Source: Eledone cirrhosa (lineage: Eukaryota). From it: DNA of 64,000 nt. Of this stretch, positions 50,595 to 61,387 are shown piece by piece. The notes beneath the pieces were generated by a model. It ran no database searches. It saw nothing but the letters and a program-made list of their open reading frames with translations, and was not told the origin of the DNA. The stretch is taken from contig OZ024743.1 of assembly GCA_964016885.1 (NCBI GenBank), positions 12,524,001-12,588,000 on the forward strand, in the 5' to 3' direction. How positions within the stretch are numbered: position 1 is the stretch's first letter; every line of letters begins with the position of its first letter. The translations under genes were made by a program, and so were the position numbers.

Positions 50595-52566
50595 TAACAG
50601 GTTAAAGTTTAAGCAAAGAATCGCTGCTTTCACCCTTAACGGGATCTTCTCTTATTTTAATAAATATTTGCTCTAGGGTTCTTATATATTTGATATATAT
50701 TTATCCTTATCGAGCCCTCTTTGGATTTTAGTCTTCACATTCATTATTATATTAGTGCTTATCTGTATATGTATCGGCACCTGTGTCTGTGTGTGGGCAA
50801 TTCTACTGAGTTCGATTTTACTTTACGCTCAACTATGAAAATGACATTGGAATAGTAACATGTCAACCATCACACTCTAACATGTTTGAAAGAGTTACCG
50901 TGTATTGTTTGTAACCTACCTGATTAAGGAGTTCACCAACCATTCCTGTCCAGTTTCCATCACTGTCTCTTGAACCAAATTTTTCGTCATGTACCAAGTG
51001 AATCTTGTATTTAAAACCAACCAATTTAGCTACATCATCGAGCACATCGATAACAAACCCACTGAAAGTCTCCGCTCCTGTTGTTTCATTGACATTTCGG
51101 AAAACATGTGGCGCCGACTTGAAGTAAAAGTAAAAAAAGTTGAGTCAATAGCAAAGAAAAGTTGCCTGCATATATTCACTTTTAATGGAGAGGTCATACA
51201 TTTTTGCAAGGTAAGGAAAGGTAACTGTAGCCCAGGGGTTCTCAAAATGGACGTTAACACCCCAGCCCCGGGGGAGTTGAGAAGGTTCAAGGGTCGTTGG
51301 GGTCAAAGGGGGCAGTGGGGGGCGGGGGCTGTAGAAATGATATAATAGTATATCAAATGATACATATTACATATAAATATAGTAAAATAAAACATATATA
51401 TTTATTTATACATAGAATATATTATATATCGGTAGAGGGTCTGACGCCATGCTTTGCAGCATAGAGTTACGGCCCTTTACGATCTGGGTTCAAATCCCGC
51501 CGAGGTTAACTTTGCCTTTCATCCTTATGGGGTCGATAGAATAAAGTACCAGTAATACACTGGGATGATTGCTGTTCTTGTGCCAAAAGTAGAAACAATT
51601 ATTTATTATAGTGGGTCGTCAAGTATGAAATTTGTAGACATTTGTTTTTTTCTACGAATTTCTACAAATTTCATACTTGACGACATAATATATAAATTAA
51701 CGATTTTATGTATTATATATTATTTACAATTTGTATGTAGGTAGGTCACTCTGAAAATAGAGGTTGGGGGCGCTGAGGGTATTACTTGGCCGTTAGGGGG
51801 GGGGGGGTGGCCCAAACAGTTTGGGAACCTCTTATGAAGATTATATAGACATTGCATCAACAGAATCCTTACGCATTAAACAAAATACCTTGCAGTATTT
51901 ATTTACAGTCCATTATAATCAGCCAATGTGAATTTTACCTTTGGTTTTTCAGGCGTCAATAGGATAAACTGATGAGTTTAAAAATGACAATACTTTTTTT
52001 CTATCACGTCAAGTTTTTATCTATGGGCTGATCCATTTTGGCCACACCCATAGCTACAAGAGCTAGCACACTGGTTCACACAATTTTACTTTTTTTTTCT
52101 GCTGACCAAATTTAAGACCTGTTCTTGACTTTTTTTTCTATCACGTCAAGTTTTCACTTGGCCAACAAGGAGGTTATACAAAATATCCGTGTTTCCTGCA
52201 TTTATGGGAAAACTGAGCGAAAGACAAACATGAAAACCTGTGTTAGGAAAAGTTGACCAGTGTTATTAATACAAAATGAAAATAATTTTGCCAATGTCAA
52301 TGTTACCTTTGGTTTTTCAGGTGTCAATAGAATAAACTAACAGCCAAGTACCGGGTTTAGATTTATATTCCTATAATTTATCTGAGATCTGAATGAAATT
52401 ATAATAGAAGACTACGACTATGATTTCAGTAGATGATAAGTTAGGTACATTCCATAGCTATATGTCCCCAGTTATGTCATGCCATCATCCAGCTTAGACC
52501 ACGTTGTAGATGCTGACAGGTTGTGATTAATCCTATATGCTACACTCAACACATACACACCATATA

Positions 52567-52652
<86 letters not shown>

Positions 52653-52880
52653 ACCCCACTATTAGGCAAAATTTCTTTAGTCAAATATACGGCGAAAGCT
52701 TCTATTTCTAATTTCAAATTCGCTCTGTTTCAAAACATACTAACTTGTCATTACGACCCTTTAAGGTCTGAGTTCAAATCCCGCCGAGGTTAACTTTGCC
52801 TTTCATCCTTACGGGGTCGATAAAATAAAGTACCAGTAATACACTGGGATAATTGCTGGCCTAGTGCCAGAAGTAGAAAC

Positions 52881-52919
<39 letters not shown>

Positions 52920-53589
52920 TGGTTACACAACAGTTAGTTCACCATACCGAGACCAAATGTTTCACCTTAGCAGATCCTCAACTCGTTGTGGACATGGTTA
53001 TACGGGATAACCATGGTTCCGCATAACCATGTCCATTACGAGCTCAGGATCCGCTAAGGTGAAACAATTGTTCTCGGTATGGTGAACTAACTATCGAGCA
53101 CTCTGATTCGATATGTGTTTTCCACATTACCGATAATTTTTCGCTAATATAGAGGTTATCTCCCTTGCTGGACACCATGTGCGTTCTAGCTAAAGGTAAC
53201 TTCTTTATTCGTTGGACGTAACCCGTTGATAAAGTTTTTCCGGTCCATTCGTTCCCTAGAAGTCTTATATATTTTTATGTGGGCTGATAGAGAACGGTTT
53301 AAGGAATTGCAGAAACCCAAGAAGCTAGATTTACCACCTTTCTAGTGGGTCCGGGTAAGTTTTTTACATTCATATAAATTATTGATTTATTGATATTTTA
53401 TTTGAGTGACCCGAATCTTCCTGGTCGTTCTTTTTCGGCTGCATGGGTGATTTTAGGCATAATCTTTGTGTGTTGGTATTTTAACGTTAGTTATAGCTCT
53501 GATTTATCTGAATTATTGAGCCCTCTGCCACTCATGTCGGATTTGTTTATCGTTAATTCGTGAGCTGATTTTCCGATACTCGATTATTC

Positions 53590-53636
<47 letters not shown>

Positions 53637-56600
53637 CAAAGAGATATTTAATTTGTTGGTAATTCAACAAATATATTTATAACAGATTCGAAACACTCGA
53701 CAGTTTTCTGGAGTATAATATTAATAAATGGAAACTATATTTATAAAACCATATTTATTCTATGGTATATATTTCAAGGGTTCCAAAACGTTGGGGCGCC
53801 CTCATCAGATAAAATACAAAATTTATTTTATAAATAGTGACATACCCAGGAATCAGACCTTAACAGTTCCTTAAACGGAACCTGAACTGTTAAGGTCTGA
53901 TTCCTGAGTATGTCACTATTTATAAAATAAATTTTGTATTTTATCTGATGAGGGCGTACCAACGTTTTGGAACCCTTGAAATATATACCATAGAATAAAT
54001 ATGGTTTTATAAATATAGTTTCCATTTATTAATATCATTGATATATATATATATACACCATTTCCTCTCCCAATTAGTATAATCAACCACACAAAAAACC
54101 AATTAAACCAGGCTATAAGATTAAAAGGCACCTATGAAGAAATAGTAGATAAATAAACGACAGCCATCTATTCGCGATCAACCGCTATATATTATTTCTT
54201 TTAATCCAGTTAGTAAAATAAGTTATATTACTTTGAATAAATAATGAATGAATATTACATAATGTATGTACTAAATTTCGTAAACATAAATAATTTCGTA
54301 AAAACAAATAATTTAAAATTGACTTCTTTTCAAAGTTGCACTTCCGGTATATCGTCGCCACCACCACCACCACCACTTCAACTACCATATACAGGGTGTT
54401 CGGGATAAATTTGACAGAATAATATTTGGTTGTTTTTTCAGATGTTTTAAATTCATTCATGCCCACTAGGCTTTATTTGAAAGTTTAAACCCTCCTTCAT
54501 TCATATATGTGATGACAACGAGAATGGATGACTGGGAGCCACCTGAATCATGGAAGAGAATAACTTGTATCATGATGATTCGCGCCGGCCATCAAAATAA
54601 GGAGATTATGGTCGCTGCTCAATGCTCCCTGAACACTGTAAAAACAATCCGGCATGAACTGGAGAATTGCAATATATTTTGTTCCGTTCAGCTGCAGATG
54701 CTGTAGCTCTCGCCCTTACCGCTGCATCCAGAATGTGGGAAGAAGCAAAAGAATCACTAACTGTGACGTCCCACGTAAGGCACCTGCCTCTTGACCAAGA
54801 GCACAGAGTAAGACCGTCAAGTGTTTTCCCATCAATTCAGGACAACCCAGACGGTTCCAAAATTGAGGGGATGTTTGCTCGGGCCAAAGCTCTTGAGTGG
54901 TAACAGGACAGTGTGTGTGTATGTGCGCGCGCGTGAATTTGTTGGCGTTCTTAAATTAGAGACACGTCTGCGTGTGTCACTGTTTTTAAGTTAGACATAT
55001 ATATGTGTGTATCCCTTTCCTTCCTTTTACACACACATACATTCACACAAACACACATACACATTGCGTGGTGGACGGGTGGACAGAAATCCCTTAAATT
55101 TATATACATGTGAATGGAGTTCTACTGAAGCAGTTAGAGAAGTTCAAGTATCTTGGGCCATGTTCATGAGTGATGGAATGCAGGAGGCTGAATTAAGTGC
55201 AAGAATTGCAAAAGCTGATGCGGTAATGCGCCAGCCTCAGCATTCAGCAATCAGATGAGGGGTGGGGGTGGGGGGTAAGTGTAAAAGCCAAACTAGCTGT
55301 CTTCCTGGTATTCCTCCCAACTCTTACCGAGGATCATGAATCTTGAGTAATGACCAAAAGAATACAATTGCAAATAAAAATGACAGAAATTGGATTCCTC
55401 CGAAGGGTCTTTGGAGTAACGTTACTCGATAAAGTTCATAACTCAGAGACCAGAGACTCACTCCTGGTAGAGCCGCTATTTCTCCGAATTGAGAGATCAC
55501 AACTCCGATATTGTGTTTAGATCCGCATGTGGTTAGATGTCTCAGTAAAGAATCGCTGGACACATGATAAATAATTATAGTGGGTAAAGTTGTGGGTAAG
55601 CTGTGGGTAAAATGATTATTGTGAGTAAAATAATTTATGTGGGTAAAATGATTATTGTGGATAAAATTGTAGGTAAAATGATTGTGGGTAAAATAATTAT
55701 TGTGGGTAAAAAACGGACACCCCTCAAATAAAAAACGGACCCCCCAAATAAAAAACGGATCCCCCAAATAAAAAAACGGACCCCCCCCACAAATAAAAAA
55801 CGGATCCCCCCAAATAAAAACGGATCCTCCCAATAAAAAACGGACACCCCCCAAATAAAAAACGGACCCCCCCAAATAAAAAACGGATCCCCCAAATAAA
55901 AAAACGGCCCCCCCCGCAAATAAAAAACGGATCCCCCCAAATAAAAACGGATCCTCCCAATAAAAAACGGACACCCCCCAAATAAAAAACGGACCCCCCC
56001 CCCCCCAAATAAAAAAACGGATCCTCCCAAATAAAAAAACGCCCCCCCCCTCCCAAATAAAAAACGCATCCCCCCAAATAAAAAAACGGACCCCCCCAAA
56101 TAAAAAAAGGATTATTGTGGGTAGTGGTAGGTAAAATAATTATTGTGGGTAAAATGGTGGGTAAAATGATTATTGTGGGTAAAATGGTGGGTAAAATGGT
56201 GAGTAAAATGATTATTGTGGGTAAAATAATTTTTCTGGGTAAAATAATTATTGTGGGTAAATGGTGGGCAAAATGATTATTGTGGGTAAAAAACGGACAC
56301 CCCCGAAATAAAAAACGGACCCCCCCAAATAAAAAAACGGATCCTCCCAAATAAAAAAACGCCCCCCCACCCCAAATAAAAAACGGATCCCCCCAAATAA
56401 AAAACGGCCTCCCCCCCCCAATAAAAAACGGATCCCCCCAAATAAAAACGGATCCTCCCAATAAAAAACGGACACCCCCCCAAATAAAAACGGACCCCCC
56501 AATAAAAAACGGATCCCCCAAATACCCCCCCGCAAATAAAACACAGATCCCCCCAAATAAAAAACGGACCCCAAATAAAAAACGGATCCCCCCAATAAAA

Positions 56601-59600
56601 AACGGATCCCCCCAAATAAAAAACGGATCCCCCCAAATAAAAACGGATCCTCCCAATAAAAAACGGACATCCCCCAAATAAAAAACGGACCCCCCCCAAT
56701 AAAAAACGGATCCCCCCAAATAAAAACGGATCCCCCAAATAACCCCCCCCCCGCAAATAAAAAACGGATCCCCCAAATAAAAAACGGATCCTCCCAATAA
56801 AAAACGGACACCCCTCAAATAAAAAACAGACCCCCCTCAATAAAAAACGGACCCCCCCAATAAAAAACGGATACCCCCAAATAAAAAACGGATCCCCCCA
56901 AATAAAAAACGGATCCCCCCAAATAAAAACGGATCCTCCCAATAAAAAACGGACACCCCACCAAATAAAAAACGGACCCCCCAATAAAAAACGCCCCCCC
57001 CCAAATAAAAAAAGGATTATTGTGGGTGAAAAAGGATTATTGTAGGTAAAATAATTATTGTGGGTAACTTGTGGGTAAAATGATTATTGTGGGTAAAATG
57101 GTGGGTAAAATGATTATTGTGGGTAACATGATTATTGTGGGTAAAATGATTATTGTGGGTAAAAAGGTGGGTAAAATGATTATTGTGGGTAAAATGATTA
57201 TTGTGAGTAAAGTGGTGGGTAAATAATAATATTGGGTAAAATGGTAGGTAAAATGGTGGGTGAAATCAAGAAAGGGATAAAGAGGGTAGGAAGTGGAGTA
57301 AAGGGGGTAGGGAAAGAATGGGTTGGAAGAGGCAGAAGTGGAAGAAGGGGAGGAAAAACATCAAGGGAGGGAGATTAAAGAAATAGGGAAAGAGAGGTTA
57401 AAAAATGGGGAAAAGTAGAGAAGAGGGGTAAAGAGGGATTCGAAGTGTGAAAGTGTGGGAAAGAGGCGGAAAAGGGTGTAATGAGGGAGAATCAACACCA
57501 CGAGGTCAACCACAAGACAATGAGGTCACGTAAAGTGATATGTGTTTCTTTCACAAGAAATTTGAAGCAAAAGATACCAAGTAACCATGTAACTTCAATA
57601 GCTCTTCATCATCGACTCCGGGAGAAACTCTAGGATCTGCCACCAATAAACACCCTGGTGGTCGGCAAATATGATCAACTGTCCTGTCAGATTCTTAATC
57701 GACACAGAAGTAGGAGTCAGTGTCATCCCGGCATCTGCAAACGACCTCCGTTATAGAGAGGGGAGTCAGTGGCAGCTGCCAATGATTTTACAGTCAAAGC
57801 TTACAGATACCGTACTCTCTCCCTCCACAGAGGCTCACAGTAATATACATGGACATTCACCGTCGCTGATGCCCATTAGCCTATCATTGGAACAGACTTC
57901 CTTCGGGCTCACTCACTGCTGGTCGATAATCAGGGGAGATGACTCGTCAATAGCAGTAGGTATGCCTCTGTTTCTCTGGCAACATCTGCACGTGTGACTT
58001 TTCATATATCAAACGTCTCTGAGACCAAGAACGAGTTCTCGGAATTCCTTTTGAATTACCTGAAACTCATTATCATGACTTCTCTGACATCTATGGTGGT
58101 ACCAAAATGAGCACTCTATATATACATATATATATGTGTGTGAGTATACATGGTGGCTGCCAACTCGTTTTCGAGTACGGCCACTACTTTATATCCATGT
58201 AGGAGAACCCCTACCGATGCGCTGAACGAGTGTGACTTTTTAGTCCAGCCAGCGACTTGAAAACTCTGGTATAAACACTACACTTGTGAAAATTATTGAC
58301 ACATAGTGCTGGGCCCATGGTACCATGTGATGACAAATGCAGAGAGACCTCCAGATATAAAGCAATGCCTGTGCCGTGAAGCTTTTATAGTGAGCAAAGG
58401 CACTGCACAAAGCCAGTCTCACTCTCTTAACCAAGATGATGTTTACCAAAAAGAAGAACAAGTCAACATCATTGGATACCATCAGGGTTGCAGGTGTTAT
58501 ATCAGAGTTTTCCTTCTCCTAGAATTCTGCCTTGACAAAGGCTAAGGGGTCATCTCTCCCCTGTATATACAATGTGGTCTAAGCTGGATGATGGCATGAC
58601 ATAACTGGGGACATATAGCTATGGAATGTACCTAACTTATCATCTACTGAAATCATAGTCGTAGTCTTCTATTATAATTTCATTCAGATCTCAGATAAAT
58701 TATAGGAATATAAATCTAAACCCGGTACTTGGCTGTTAGTTTATTCTATTGACACCTGAAAAACCAAAGGTAACATTGACATTGGCAAAATTATTTTCAT
58801 TTTGTATTAATAACACTGGTCAACTTTTCCTAACACAGGTTTTCATGTTTGTCTTTCGCTCAGTCAGGGGGGGGGGGGGTGTCACCTTTTTTTTTAGGTA
58901 TCGAAAAATAAGATTTTTGGCTCTAGCTCCCACATTTTGCCACCGATTTCGTTCAAATTTTAAAGCAAAATAGAATTTATCATTGCACATCCTGTAATGG
59001 CTTTACATTTTGGATTTTTTGTTCAGGAACGGCGTGGCAGCCACTTAAATATTCGAAGATACCACATTTTCGCTCAAATTTTGGCCTTTTCGGCTCTAGC
59101 TCCCACATTTTTCAACCGATTTCGTTCAAATTCGAAACTCCCTCCCCCAGCATGCCCCTTCGTCAGTCACCCGCGTTTCTCAGTGCTAGGGGTCATCACC
59201 ACCATCCCCCGCATGGACTGTGTGTCGCCATAGATGAGTCAACGAGAAGCAGTCGCTAAGATCAACACCTTTTCATCAAAGCAGATATTATTTTACCTAC
59301 CCAGGCAACGCTGAGTACTGCTGCTAGTATATATATATACATACGAAAACGGCAGCATTCTGCATTCTACACAATTTCTGTACGGCTTTGGTCGATTCGA
59401 TGGTCTGATAGAAGACACTTGCTAATGTTCCGTGCAGTGGTACCGAAGTCGGAACACTGTGTTTGCGTAGATAATATCGTAACTTCACAGCCATGCATGG
59501 GTCCGTTATATAAATATGTTATTAATTTAAATGCCAAATAATAAGAAAAAGTCTTCGGATAAAGAAAACAAGTGTAACTTACCAAAACGGTTGTGACTAT

Positions 59601-61314
59601 ATAAGTTTTGTTCTAGAATAAAAGAAGAAAAAAAAAACCAAATCAAAGACGTTTAAGTACTATTGAAGAATTTAATCTGAATTGGAAGAAAACTAAACAA
59701 AAAAAAACAAAAAAACAAAATACAAAAAAACAAACAAACAAACAAACACAAAAAAAAACACTAGAACTTTCATACAAAAACAGCAACAGATATAACTTTT
59801 GAATCGGATAGTTTATTATTATATTAGTCTACGACTAATTGTACAAAATATAATTTAGAGATATATCAGATGAAAGAATGGTATTTAACTAATGTATTGG
59901 TACGCGATGGGGCCCACCCACAGCCCCGGCGGACAGAATGGAGAAGGCGTTTCCCCGGAGGACGGCAAGGGAGACGCGTTGGAAAAGCCACTCCAACTCG
60001 CGGGGCTCACACCTGCGGCTGGCCAGCTCAGCGCCTATGGTGGTGAGTAAGGAGGTAGCCCTGGGGCCGAGGACACCAGAAGTCTCTACTGCCAGGGGAA
60101 CGACCGCAAACCTGTCGGAGAGCGACCGGTATTTGAGGAGTTTGGCCCCCTCAGCCCGACATGCAGCAGAACCTGGGTCAGTCGCAGACAGCACCAGGTT
60201 GCGGCTGCAGAAAGTGTCGGTACAAATGGCATCCCAGACGAGGGGTTTGCCACCGCGGAACGGGAAGATGGTCATGCCATCTGGCCTTTTGCCGTCCCCT
60301 CGATCCAGCCCCACCGGCTCGGGCTGGGAAGGGAAGCCTTCAGGGTCCAAGCCATGCTTAATGACCTCGTTGAGGGCAGCATGGCGTGGAATGAATCTAA
60401 TGATGTTGTTGCGCTGTATACATTCTCGAAGAAAAAAATATATATAAGAAGGAAGAAAATTTTCGAATTGTAATCTATAATATATAACCAGCAATTTCTC
60501 TGTCTGTCTGTTCGACAGTGGAAACGCGTGCGTAGAGAGAGAGTGAGAGTGAAAGAAAGAGACAGACTACGAGAGGGGGATAGCGGGAGGGAGAGAGAGA
60601 GAGAGAGTGAATAGACGCTAAAACACGTGCTACAGAAACATTACCTTCCCCTCTCCACTGACTTTGGTCACTGAGGCCGAGGGAATCGCGCTGAGCGCGT
60701 CATAATGACGTAATGCAGACAGCCAGACATACAGACAGATATTATAAGGGCGCAACGTTATATCTATGTATCTATATCTATCTAAAAAGAAAGACTAAGA
60801 ATTATATAGAGAGAACGCTAAATCGCCTAATGCGGTCTCTAGGGCATTGAAAATTTGAAATAATTTTTGCTCAAAACACTCACAGGACCATAAGTATTAC
60901 ATGTCTAAAGTTTGAAAACAATCGGTTGGATGGTTCTCAAGTTTTAGTGAGCTGACAGACAGACATTCTCTGTTTTAGATATATAGACTAGCAGAAAACC
61001 GCCTCCAGGTGGTTTTCTGCTAGTCTATATATCTAAAACAGAGAATGTATGTCTGTCTGTCTGTCCAATCACTAAAACTCGAGAACCGCCCAACCGATTG
61101 TTTTCAAACTTTTGACATGTAATACTTATGGTCATGAGAGTGTTTTGAGCAAAATTTCAAATTTTCAATGCCCTAGCGACCGCATTAGGCGATTTAGCGA
61201 TCTCCCTCTCTCTCTTAGTCTTTCTCTTTTTAGATAGATACATAGATATAACGTTGCGCCCTTATAATATCTGTCTGTATGCCTGTTGTCTGCATTACGA
61301 CATTATGATGTAGC

Positions 61315-61387
<73 letters not shown>

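Noticed and set aside
55324-56984. G/F-rich ORFs up to 364 aa
   Set aside because: Translations of the satellite; open in several frames with variable homopolymer lengths
59938-60447. Antisense ORFs over retroelements (also 8950-9597, 24068-24514 and 35878-36450)
   Set aside because: Shadow frames of RT or endonuclease coding sequence with no independent motifs
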